Shown here: piece after piece, positions 7,882-16,419 of the stretch
Numbering within the stretch: the stretch's first letter is position 1
Layout: each line of letters opens with the position of its first letter
IMG/VR virus record: IMGVR_UViG_3300015365_000054
DNA length: 64,000 bases
Source of the DNA: a virus
Lineage: Duplodnaviria; Heunggongvirae; Uroviricota; Caudoviricetes
Reading direction: 5' to 3' (one strand)
Notes under the pieces: model-generated
What the model saw: the letters and a program-made list of their open reading frames with translations, nothing else
Databases searched by the model: none
What the model was told of the DNA's origin: nothing
Made by a program: the position numbers and the translations under genes

Positions 7882-8166
7882 TTACCTATATAATCTTTCG
7901 AGATTTTCTAGGCGCATCAACCCCATTCTTCTGGTTTTATTGTCGATTGGCTTCGGGAATACTGGCACGAAATCAACACCATCTATGTTCTTTCCGGAAC
8001 ACAGAGAACTTCCATATAGAATTTCGCCAGTCAGCTTATTTTTGTACTTGTATATGATCTCATTGTCATTATCTGAGATGATATCATGAGTATTAATTTT
8101 CTTCGCTTTGCCAATCATAGGATTCTCCACCATAACCAAAATCATCATCTTCTTCATTATCATCAA
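7882..8166 (-). CDS. hypothetical protein (true start probably internal)
   Basis: IDGVDFVPVF; the 5' part overlaps 8093..8281. Confidence 0.55.
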   Translation of the reverse strand: MMIMKKMMILVMVENPMIGKAKKINTHDIISDNDNEIIYKYKNKLTGEILYGSSLCSGKNIDGVDFVPVFPKPIDNKTRRMGLMRLENLERLYR

Positions 8167-8281
8167 AATTGTCTTTTGGATTATATCGCCAACGACTTTC
8201 GTTTTTCAGTCTCTTCTGTCGCAATCCATCACTGTTCACATTATAACGATCACTGGACTCATTAAAACTCTTGTTAGACAT
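8093..8281 (-). CDS. small protein with basic then acidic segments
   Basis: RQKRLKNE.RWRY followed by an acidic tail. Confidence 0.6.
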   Translation of the reverse strand: MSNKSFNESSDRYNVNSDGLRQKRLKNESRWRYNPKDNFDDNEEDDDFGYGGESYDWQSEEN

Positions 8282-8304
8282 AGTAGTGTACCATCAATCC
8301 TCTA

Positions 8305-8838
8305 TTAAATTTTAATCTCACCTTTTTCAACTCTCAACCAAAACGTTCTATACAATCCGCGCTCTCTACCATAAGCTTCGATTTCAGATGGTGAATCATA
8401 ATACTCATCCCCAACAAAATCTCCATCTGGTATTGGTTGGTATCGTTTCCCTAAGAATGCATACGTACCATCCACATAATCTCTAAGCTCACCACACAAA
8501 TATTGTTTTACATGTACAAGCTCATGAGAAAGATCCATCAATATAATACTCAATCTGGCTCTAACACTTTTGTGTCCTAATATTCTATCAGCTTTCAACA
8601 CAATTGTAAATTTTTTAATATCATTATCATTGCCATCATAAGTACACCAAGCTTTATATTTCATCAAAGACTTTGTATATTCATTCGCCATCAATTCATC
8701 ATCATCTAATATTCGTATATTCACCCTAGACTTCTTCAAAATGCCTCGTCGGACAAATTTAGTCAATACATAATCAGTAAATTTTCTAATCAAAGGTCTA
8801 TCACCAACTTTTAAATGTTTACTGGTTATTACTACCAT
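8305..8838 (-). CDS. putative zinc metallopeptidase (HExxH)
   Basis: LSHELVHVKQY...SPSEIEAY. Confidence 0.7.
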   Translation of the reverse strand: MVVITSKHLKVGDRPLIRKFTDYVLTKFVRRGILKKSRVNIRILDDDELMANEYTKSLMKYKAWCTYDGNDNDIKKFTIVLKADRILGHKSVRARLSIILMDLSHELVHVKQYLCGELRDYVDGTYAFLGKRYQPIPDGDFVGDEYYDSPSEIEAYGRERGLYRTFWLRVEKGEIKI

Positions 8839-8846
8839 TCTAGTAC

Positions 8847-9935
8847 CTACTCTATTCGTAAGATGATTGTATCCTTATTGATTGAGCCATTCAGTTGCTG
8901 TGGTTTAGAGTTGATCTCCCCCATTACTTTGCGAAGAACAACTTTCCCACCATCCAAAACCCTAGATAGAGTTTCTTTTGGTTTTCTCAACGTTTTAGCA
9001 ATAGACTCCGAATATTTATAATTTTCGATTTTACTACCCTTCACGGATAGACCAGCACCATCTGCTGCGACGTATACACCAAGTTTACGTGTTTTCACGT
9101 TAAATACCCACAATTTCTCAGCAGATAGGATCTTAATTGGGTTAATTGATTTCACATTGAATTCAGTGTCTTCCTTTTTATAATTCAATTTAGCGATTCT
9201 TTTTTCCAATGAAACTGCCTTCTTCTTTCTTGGCTTTCTGGTTGCTAGTGTATTTGATGCCAGACGATTTGCCGCAGTGACAATATCAGATAGGAATGCA
9301 ATTGCATTTTTCATGTCTTTATCTGATCTTGGATATGATTCTTTGATGTATGGATCACTTTTTCTTTTATGTATGACATCCGTCAGATTATCAACCAATC
9401 CATTAAAATATTCGGCAATCTTATTGGAATGTATTGCCTTTACATTATTATCAATGAGCCACTTGTATGCATCAAATGTTGTGATTGCCTTGTTGAAAAA
9501 GAAATCATCAAATACACCTTCAAGTTCCGCAATATATTGATCAGTCTTTCCCTGAATTCGGTCTTGGATATTCACCACATTATCAATGATAACTGGTTCT
9601 TCTGCTTTACCTTGTGTGCTGGATATTTCAGATAGGAATGCTTTTAGTTTATTATTGAAACTAAGCATTGTTTTATCGTCCACACGAACACCACGCGAAA
9701 GCATTCGCGCCAGCCACCCAAGACTGATGCTTACAGGATTATGAATTTTGATATCAACCACATTCACAGCCGGAATGTTTGATTTGATGTAATCAATCAG
9801 ATATTGACGCGAATCTGTCGCATCACGATTTAAATTATACCACTGGAATGCCTGTGCAAGATCTGCCTGATTTGCTTGCTGATCTCCCCAGACTGGTTCC
9901 AATGGCGTACTCACTACCACTTTACTCATGACCAA
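8847..9935 (-). CDS. hypothetical protein resembling conserved T4-like phage ORFs
   Basis: AFQWYN; C-terminal LWVFNVKTRKLGVY...KTLRKP. Confidence 0.7.
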   Translation of the reverse strand: MVMSKVVVSTPLEPVWGDQQANQADLAQAFQWYNLNRDATDSRQYLIDYIKSNIPAVNVVDIKIHNPVSISLGWLARMLSRGVRVDDKTMLSFNNKLKAFLSEISSTQGKAEEPVIIDNVVNIQDRIQGKTDQYIAELEGVFDDFFFNKAITTFDAYKWLIDNNVKAIHSNKIAEYFNGLVDNLTDVIHKRKSDPYIKESYPRSDKDMKNAIAFLSDIVTAANRLASNTLATRKPRKKKAVSLEKRIAKLNYKKEDTEFNVKSINPIKILSAEKLWVFNVKTRKLGVYVAADGAGLSVKGSKIENYKYSESIAKTLRKPKETLSRVLDGGKVVLRKVMGEINSKPQQLNGSINKDTIILRIE

Positions 9936-9978
9936 CCTCTATGTTATGATATTACATTAATAGCGTAATATAATGTGG

Positions 9979-10006
9979 ATAATAACATAAAAACAACTAA
10001 AGTCAA
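9979..10006 (-). promoter_or_regulatory. sigma70-type early promoter
   Basis: TTGACT-16nt-TATTAT with upstream A-tract. Confidence 0.6.
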
Positions 10007-10079
10007 TAACATTTTTTTCTCCTGTTGAACAACTAACTACATATCTATTTAGCTGCTTATGCAGGAATGTAACAAATAT

Positions 10080-10562
10080 TTAATATATATTTTCGTTCGG
10101 GAATTCTTCTGTTGGCACAAAGATGTATTGTGGAGATTTTGGCTTAACGTATGGGAATACTACATCCCCTCTACAGTGTATATTGGTGTAATATGATTTA
10201 CATGGTGTGCCATCGTCATCGCGTCGCCATTCCCACAACACAGCCGCATCAATATCATAACAATGATCACCAGATTTAAATACGGATGATATCCTGTTGT
10301 TTTGTAGTGTTCCCTCAGAAACCTCATTCCATTCTGAATCTTCCCCAGTTAAAGGTGATATCGTTCTAAAATTAACCAATTCATTAAAAATGGTCAATGC
10401 ATAATCAGCACTAAATCCACTGTGACCCTGTTTAGCGAATACATCTAATAATTCTAATATGTTATCGCATATACTTTTTTGTGCGGCATCCGAATACGCT
10501 CCAGATTCATCCATCCAGCCAGCCAGCTTAAATTCTCTCAGTGCATGTTCTTTAATACTCAT
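10080..10562 (-). CDS. phage hypothetical protein (start re-called at MSIKE)
   Basis: ELLDVFAKQGHSGFSA, ISPLTGEDSEWNEV. Confidence 0.75.
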   Translation of the reverse strand: MSIKEHALREFKLAGWMDESGAYSDAAQKSICDNILELLDVFAKQGHSGFSADYALTIFNELVNFRTISPLTGEDSEWNEVSEGTLQNNRISSVFKSGDHCYDIDAAVLWEWRRDDDGTPCKSYYTNIHCRGDVVFPYVKPKSPQYIFVPTEEFPNENIY

Positions 10563-10566
10563 AATT

Positions 10567-10722
10567 TCACCAATGCCGTATAACGCCAGCCACAATAAAA
10601 ATATTTGTTATGAGATATGATATGATTATCAATGTTCTTATCACTGCAATCATATCTGCTTCATTATCCGTCCTACCAGACTTATCACCAAGGGCTTTAG
10701 CCCAGATCCGCCAAAACCTCAT
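10567..10722 (-). CDS. 51-aa membrane protein of T4-like phages (not in ORF track)
   Basis: MRFWRIWAKALGDKSGRTDNEADMIAVIRT...IVAGVIRHW. Confidence 0.7.
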   Translation of the reverse strand: MRFWRIWAKALGDKSGRTDNEADMIAVIRTLIIISYLITNIFIVAGVIRHW

Positions 10723-11075
10723 AGAGACAGATACCACGCCAATGTTATATAAACAAATTGATGCGCCATCTGATCCAATCCTAAATGACTCCAGAACTGA
10801 GGGGTTTGTATGTCACGATTACCATAGTTCATTTTGAACCAATCAATATGATAATGTGTAATGAAATCAAAAACACCTATCACACATGCAATGGGTAGTC
10901 CAGTAAAAAATAATCCGATAAACGTAGTGAATACTCCATGCTGGAGAGAATGGAGTATTCCATGCGGATTACCATATATCCCTTTACCATTTACCATTTT
11001 CATGGTTTGTAGATGGAAGTCTACAAACCAATGCTTAATCTGGCAGAGTAAAAGAAATTCAAACATCATTGCCAA
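10719..11075 (-). CDS. DUF3307-like membrane protein
   Basis: HWFVDFHLQ, LHSLQHG, HYHIDW, GLDQMAHQ. Confidence 0.75.
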   Translation of the reverse strand: MAMMFEFLLLCQIKHWFVDFHLQTMKMVNGKGIYGNPHGILHSLQHGVFTTFIGLFFTGLPIACVIGVFDFITHYHIDWFKMNYGNRDIQTPQFWSHLGLDQMAHQFVYITLAWYLSL

Positions 11076-12475
11076 TCGTACTTAGAGATGCACACAGCTT
11101 TCTTCATGACGGATTCTGGTGAGAATTCTTCAAGATCAGCTTCGAGCACAGCACTCATGATTGATGGTGAGAATCCAGATACCAAACACACTCCACGCTT
11201 GTCATATGACACTGGTGTATTGTCGGTTGATCGCAGATTCCAGAACACAATCATAGGTACTTGATATCCAGCACTTTCATACTTTCTTTCAATCATCTTC
11301 ATTGCAGAATCATCATACATTGCGCATTGATCAAATTGCATATCAGACAAAATCAAAAGGTACTTTGGCATATCAGCCTGTGGTACAGAATTTTTGGTTG
11401 CAACATGTAGAATACGATCAAATGCGGCATGCAAATTAGTATTCATGTTCCATTCACTACTATTCATCTGCACCATCTTCTGGCTCAATGTTCCTTGAAC
11501 TTTAAGAATCTCTGGTTTTTCTGAGAATGTCAGGAACATATCCTTGAATGCGCCACTGTTCTTGTCTGCGCAATATAATCCCAAGGACAACGCAACATCA
11601 ATACAACTGATGCTGTTATTCTTTCCTACATGGGCACTCATAGAACCAGAAACATCCACCATTGGTAGAACATTAGCATCAGACATGTAATTTGGTAGGC
11701 TATCCCACTGTTTATCACATACTGCCTTATCACCACGGTGACGCAATGCTTTGATGATGTCGTATGGATAAACAGCCGAAGCATTTACCTTAATACCTTC
11801 ATCACCGCGCACTAATGCATTACGATATTCAACAAATCGTTGAGTATCATTCTTATGGAATACAGTCATGTAACGCGACATAGCCAGTGATGGTACATGT
11901 GAATAGTTAATAACAGAGTATTCCTTATTACACATATGTGTTTCAACCACATTAGTCAAACCAACCAACAGCTTACGATAAGCCTTTGGCGATAATCCCA
12001 AATAGTTGCGAAGTTCAGCAGCCAGCACCCCTTTTCTTTTTTGCCATTTGGCACACAATCCATTCTGATTGTGTAGCGCAGTCTTGATGATATCGAACGC
12101 CCTAGACTTTACTTCTGCTGTCTTGAAGATAAGCAAATCATCCCATCGACCAATGTTTGGAACATTGTTCAGAAACTTGGATGTCAGTAAGTCTGGGTGA
12201 TATGCTTCAAGATGAACAAGCATGTCACGGAACAGCTGACGTTCACCAGCTCCACCACGAACATCACGCGACCACTGAGCAATTCGCATTGCAATATCAG
12301 TGTCTGCCTGAATAGCCTTCTCAAAAGCTGCTGTGATGTTCTTTCCACGACTTGCCCCGATGTTATAGAACAAATCTACAACAGAAGACATAGATGATTT
12401 CTGAGCTTTCATACCATTTTCGGTACGGGCTACAACTGGGGTTTTTGCTACGGCATCTACGAAACTGTTCATCAT
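11066..12475 (-). CDS. DUF2828-type protein: helical N-terminal domain plus C-terminal vWA domain (Ro/TROVE-like architecture)
   Basis: RTENG, RDVRGGAGER, GRWDDL, AKWQKR, PSLAM.RY; MIDAS DVSGS, MNTNL, ILSDMQFD, IVFWNL. Confidence 0.8.
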   Translation of the reverse strand: MMNSFVDAVAKTPVVARTENGMKAQKSSMSSVVDLFYNIGASRGKNITAAFEKAIQADTDIAMRIAQWSRDVRGGAGERQLFRDMLVHLEAYHPDLLTSKFLNNVPNIGRWDDLLIFKTAEVKSRAFDIIKTALHNQNGLCAKWQKRKGVLAAELRNYLGLSPKAYRKLLVGLTNVVETHMCNKEYSVINYSHVPSLAMSRYMTVFHKNDTQRFVEYRNALVRGDEGIKVNASAVYPYDIIKALRHRGDKAVCDKQWDSLPNYMSDANVLPMVDVSGSMSAHVGKNNSISCIDVALSLGLYCADKNSGAFKDMFLTFSEKPEILKVQGTLSQKMVQMNSSEWNMNTNLHAAFDRILHVATKNSVPQADMPKYLLILSDMQFDQCAMYDDSAMKMIERKYESAGYQVPMIVFWNLRSTDNTPVSYDKRGVCLVSGFSPSIMSAVLEADLEEFSPESVMKKAVCISKYDWQ

Positions 12476-12492
12476 TCACCTCTATAATTAAA

Positions 12493-12548
12493 AACAGGAT
12501 CCCTTGCTTTTTTTTCCACAAAAAATTTTGGTTTGCTGTACGGATCCT
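12493..12548 (-). ncRNA. Y-RNA-like unit 3
   Basis: Stem AGGAUCC/GGAUCCU, then 3 nt and CAGCAAACCAAA; 3' tail GUU. Confidence 0.65.
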
Positions 12549-12553
12549 AAACT

Positions 12554-12669
12554 AACAGAATACATTTTTACGTGTCCTAACCACTAGACGAACACCATTT
12601 TCATGGTGTGATGGAATCGAACCACCGTCACGACATTAAGATTGTAATTTGTGTTGCTGTATGTATTCT
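12554..12669 (-). ncRNA. Y-RNA-like unit 2 with circularly permuted tRNA-like domain (YrlA-like)
   Basis: 9-bp closing stem, CAGCAA, T-arm GGUGG-UUCGAUU-CCAUC, 7-bp acceptor-like stem capped by GAAA, D-arm GUCUAGUGGUUAGGAC. Confidence 0.8.
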
Positions 12670-12685
12670 AAAACCTCTAAATCAA

Positions 12686-12743
12686 AACAGAATGCCTTTT
12701 TTACGTCTTTCAAATGTAAAGTTTGGTTTGCTGCAAGCATTCT
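12686..12743 (-). ncRNA. Y-RNA-like unit 1
   Basis: Stem AGAAUGC/GCAUUCU, then 3 nt and CAGCAAACCAAA; 3' tail GUU. Confidence 0.65.
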
Positions 12744-12758
12744 TAATTCGTTATGTGT

Positions 12759-12787
12759 AGTATATAGTCAGAATTTATGAAAGTCAA
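12759..12787 (-). promoter_or_regulatory. sigma70-type early promoter driving the ncRNA array and DUF2828
   Basis: TTGACT-17nt-TATACT; expected start about 9 nt before unit 1. Confidence 0.8.
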
Positions 12788-13113
12788 CCATTTTCTACAT
12801 CTTTTTTTGAATTTTTTTCTGAATCTTTATCCTCAAGCATCTTCTTGGCTTCAATGTAATTAGCCAATCTATCTACTGCCACATCATATTCATGTTCATT
12901 TTTAGGTTCTTCCCCAACCCAAAACCCCTCAACTGAGGCTGGATTGATCATCATTGTCCTTATTGCAATATATCGTCTCTGGTTTGCTTCCAGAGCATGA
13001 ATATCAGTCTCTGTTTTTTCCAAATGACTCCAATCATCACCAGCTGTTGCAAATTCTTCTGGTATGCCAACATATATTTTCTTATCTTCCACGAATATGC
13101 TCCTTTGGTGCAA
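12784..13113 (-). CDS. hypothetical protein
   Basis: ORF in the minus-strand gene run; start uncertain. Confidence 0.55.
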   Translation of the reverse strand: MHQRSIFVEDKKIYVGIPEEFATAGDDWSHLEKTETDIHALEANQRRYIAIRTMMINPASVEGFWVGEEPKNEHEYDVAVDRLANYIEAKKMLEDKDSEKNSKKDVENG

Positions 13114-13264
13114 ATGATATGACAGTCAAACAGCCAACAATAACACCAGCAAAAAACGAACAAAACACTAAAATTAACCAATCACTAGGATTCATCTTTT
13201 CCAATACTCCAAAATTCACCACCAAATTGGACAAAATCATTTCCATCCGGATCGCGGTATACAT
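13082..13264 (-). CDS. small membrane protein (start probably internal, MNPSD)
   Basis: Single hydrophobic helix. Confidence 0.5.
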   Translation of the reverse strand: MYTAIRMEMILSNLVVNFGVLEKMNPSDWLILVFCSFFAGVIVGCLTVISFAPKEHIRGR

Positions 13265-13418
13265 TATCCGAATTTTTTATGATATGCTCTTTGAGTTCTG
13301 TGCAGAATTTATGTAGTTCCTCTTCTGTCATATAATGAATACTATCGGATTTTGATAGAAATTCTTTAGCTCTTTTTTCTCTGAGTCTTGGTGTGATATC
13401 GATAATTTGTGCACTCAT
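13185..13418 (-). CDS. hypothetical protein
   Basis: MSAQIIDITPRL; ATGA overlap. Confidence 0.65.
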   Translation of the reverse strand: MSAQIIDITPRLREKRAKEFLSKSDSIHYMTEEELHKFCTELKEHIIKNSDNVYRDPDGNDFVQFGGEFWSIGKDES

Positions 13419-13750
13419 TTTGTGTTATATCCTCTCATATCCAATTGGTGATTTTTGGGTATATTACCCCTAATAAATTCGTAGGTAGGACCACAATTTT
13501 CCATTGCTTTAGTAAACGCACCCACAGTACCATCATGCCAACACTTACCTATCACATTCTTTACTTTTACCCACTTAACATTATTTTCTGGTCTACCACT
13601 ATACATATTTTTAAAGGAATAACCATCACTTATACCTCCACTCATGGAGCATATTGACATTGGTCTACACCAATCATCTGCATGAAAGATGTCATCTTTT
13701 TCCAGAATATATACAGTTAACATTGATCCTGATCCCTCTTTTCCTTCCAC
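13415..13750 (-). CDS. hypothetical protein
   Basis: DWCRP...PENNVKW...YEFIRG. Confidence 0.65.
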   Translation of the reverse strand: MEGKEGSGSMLTVYILEKDDIFHADDWCRPMSICSMSGGISDGYSFKNMYSGRPENNVKWVKVKNVIGKCWHDGTVGAFTKAMENCGPTYEFIRGNIPKNHQLDMRGYNTK

Positions 13751-14085
13751 TGCTCAAATTCTCTAACTAGTTCTTCATGACGGATCTCGTTGATTTCAAG
13801 ATACCACTCTCTCAAAACAATACCATCCTCTCTATTAGCAACATAACCGACAATTGTTTGTGGTATGCCATATCTAACTGATCTCTCAACAGAGAACACT
13901 TCTATCACATTAAAATCGATAGCTACACCAGCATTTCGACTCATGAACGTAACTTTCTTTTTATATTCTTCGTGTGCCCGTTCCGCATTTTCGGCACGAA
14001 CTCTTAGATCATCAATTTGTAATTTCAAATCCGCATTGTCTTCAATAAGAGTTTGGATTCTTTGATCATTAAAAAGACACTTCAT
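13717..14085 (-). CDS. hypothetical protein with N-terminal coiled coil
   Basis: GGAG RBS; continuous gene run. Confidence 0.65.
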   Translation of the reverse strand: MKCLFNDQRIQTLIEDNADLKLQIDDLRVRAENAERAHEEYKKKVTFMSRNAGVAIDFNVIEVFSVERSVRYGIPQTIVGYVANREDGIVLREWYLEINEIRHEELVREFEQWKEKRDQDQC

Positions 14086-14087
14086 TT

Positions 14088-15065
14088 CTATCTCCCACTC
14101 AATTTAAAAACAAATATTGGTTCATACTTAAATCCACCACGCACAATACTAGATAATTGATATCTCAGCGTTTCGAGGTGATCAAATCCTTCTTCTACCG
14201 CAATTAGAACACAATCATTTTCAAGGTTCTTGTGTGATATGACATTTGCAACATTTATAGCAAGTGTACCACCACTTCGCATACATTGTCTACAGTTTTG
14301 TATTGTTTTTCTTAAAAAATTATTGTTCCAGCTATCCACATTTGGATATCGTAAAAAGCTCTGTGTTGATTCATCTGCATACTGTTCGGTATTAAAATAT
14401 GGTGGTGATGTAAAGCACATATCAACTAACTCATTTGGTACAAAATCCTCACTACCAATCATATGTAAATCAGTTTCCATGCCCATATGGGAGAAGTCAT
14501 TTGACATAGAAAGCAATCCAGCCATAGTCTTGCTGCTTGGATCAGTTCCTATATATTTCGTTACTGTGCCACTTGCATATGCACCAAGAAGCCTCCCACC
14601 AAAACCACACGACATATCCCACACAACACCACCACCATACTTTCTATAGATTGCTGCTGCTGATGATGGTCTGAAATTACTAACAGATTGCACACCCGAA
14701 TAACTACGCAATGCTTTTCTTATCTGTGAATCTGTCATAGAACCATCTTCACGAAGCATGGATAAGCCACCACGTTTCAACCTACGTTCAACTGCCTTTT
14801 TGAGCAATACATCATCATTCCATATATCCATTGGAGTCTTCATTGTTCTGGTTTTTACGTCCCACGCATGAGGGAAGTAACTCCATGCCAACCCCAATGC
14901 ATGCATTGTCTGTCTAACCAAATCATTTACAATGATAGAGTCCAAGTCAAATCTACACATCTTATCAAATTCACTCAGATCTTTTGTGTAATATGGGAAT
15001 CCCCTAGAGATAACGTATTGGTATGCAGTCTCTAGGGTATCAGGATCAATGTCTATTGTCGTCAT
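14088..15065 (-). CDS. DNA amino-methyltransferase (N4-mC/N6-mA), paralogue 1
   Basis: NFRPSSA, motif I DMSCGFGGRL, motif IV FTSPPYF. Confidence 0.85.
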   Translation of the reverse strand: MTTIDIDPDTLETAYQYVISRGFPYYTKDLSEFDKMCRFDLDSIIVNDLVRQTMHALGLAWSYFPHAWDVKTRTMKTPMDIWNDDVLLKKAVERRLKRGGLSMLREDGSMTDSQIRKALRSYSGVQSVSNFRPSSAAAIYRKYGGGVVWDMSCGFGGRLLGAYASGTVTKYIGTDPSSKTMAGLLSMSNDFSHMGMETDLHMIGSEDFVPNELVDMCFTSPPYFNTEQYADESTQSFLRYPNVDSWNNNFLRKTIQNCRQCMRSGGTLAINVANVISHKNLENDCVLIAVEEGFDHLETLRYQLSSIVRGGFKYEPIFVFKLSGR

Positions 15066-16381
15066 TTAATCCTATCCGATGAATCTGCTTCTGATTTGTC
15101 TTCTCTGATTTCCAAGAAAATTGGCAGAAACAAACTATCCCCACCCTGCTTATTTGTAATTCGGGCATTATATTTAATAGTGACGATCTTGCCAATCAAA
15201 TCACTACTTACTAAATTCTCTCGTTGTGCTTTAGTGAGACCAGAACCGACACTAACCTTCACGATACCATCTGAAGATTCACATACAATAGCACCAATCA
15301 TTTTATTGTTTTTTCGATGTGGTTCGACATTAACAATTTTGAGATCACAATCCAATTCACCCTTGAATTTGATCTGGTGCTTTGCTCTCTTGTCTTCCCA
15401 TACACCACGCAAATCTTTTAAGATAATTCCTTCATGACCTGCTTCAAAATATGTCTGAAACATATTCTGTGTTTCTCTCACATCATTAACAATGACTGTT
15501 TCAACAACAGAAACCATATGACTCAGATTTCCTAGATGTTCGAATGCAGTAACCACAGTAGCAAGTCGTGTCTGATAATCAACATCACACTTACCAGCCC
15601 AAAAAGATTTCACTGGAATAATATCCCACACAACTGCACGAATACCGGATACCTCGTCATCAGATATGGTTCCTTTCACCGCTTTGTTGAGAATACCATT
15701 ACCTGTCTTTCTGTCTAATGGTTTTCCTGCACTATCCACCACAAGCAATTCACCATCAAACACAACATTTCCGATGTCAACATTTTTTGCCATCTTAATG
15801 AATGCAGCATCAAGTACCACATTATTAATTAAAATATATTTACCATTTCGAGACCTATATTCCACAGAATCACCACACACAATGGCATTAAACCGCATAC
15901 CATCCATTTTCATTTGTGCAATGGTTGGGAATTGAATCCCATCAACCAATTTAATATCAAATGTGGATGCCAACATACATGGATACTCAGACACCAATCC
16001 CTTCCAAATCTTATTGGCAGTAGATGCCTGTACACCACAGTTTAGGTCTTTTTTGATAATGCGTTCGATCACTTTAGCATCACTCTCAGTGAGAGATTCT
16101 AATAGTTTTGTGAGATATTCAATGGCAGCATGCCCAGTGACCTTGCGATCAGATAAATCCCCAAGTGCACTCATGGCAGAGGATAAATCCATATCTGAAT
16201 GACCACTTCTGGGTGTATACTCTGGGATTTTGCGCTGGTAGAATTGCGTATTCGGATCTAACGCAAGAAATACCGCTGTTTTTAGATCAGCAAGTAATTG
16301 ATATCTCGTAAGTATTGCCTCTTTTTCGAGGCGAGATGATACTGCGGAAAGTTGATCAAAAATATGATTAATGTTTTTCAT
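15062..16381 (-). CDS. gp30: ATP-dependent DNA ligase
   Basis: QMKMDGMR, FDGELL, EGIILK, LFLPIF. Confidence 0.95.
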   Translation of the reverse strand: MKNINHIFDQLSAVSSRLEKEAILTRYQLLADLKTAVFLALDPNTQFYQRKIPEYTPRSGHSDMDLSSAMSALGDLSDRKVTGHAAIEYLTKLLESLTESDAKVIERIIKKDLNCGVQASTANKIWKGLVSEYPCMLASTFDIKLVDGIQFPTIAQMKMDGMRFNAIVCGDSVEYRSRNGKYILINNVVLDAAFIKMAKNVDIGNVVFDGELLVVDSAGKPLDRKTGNGILNKAVKGTISDDEVSGIRAVVWDIIPVKSFWAGKCDVDYQTRLATVVTAFEHLGNLSHMVSVVETVIVNDVRETQNMFQTYFEAGHEGIILKDLRGVWEDKRAKHQIKFKGELDCDLKIVNVEPHRKNNKMIGAIVCESSDGIVKVSVGSGLTKAQRENLVSSDLIGKIVTIKYNARITNKQGGDSLFLPIFLEIREDKSEADSSDRIK

Positions 16382-16387
16382 AATGAA

Positions 16388-16416
16388 ATGTTACCATATA
16401 TTTCATTGGATGTAAA
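16388..16416 (-). promoter_or_regulatory. promoter giving a probably leaderless ligase mRNA
   Basis: TTTACA-17nt-TAACAT; the A of ATG is the 7th nt after the -10 box. Confidence 0.55.
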
Positions 16417-16419
16417 GGG

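Noticed and set aside
12574-12626. Canonical tRNA gene
   Set aside because: The T-arm precedes the D-arm, the acceptor helix is loop-closed, and there is no anticodon loop or free CCA end
12493-12743. CRISPR mini-array
   Set aside because: The repeats are not identical, they enclose rather than separate the variable parts, insert lengths are very unequal, and no cas genes are present
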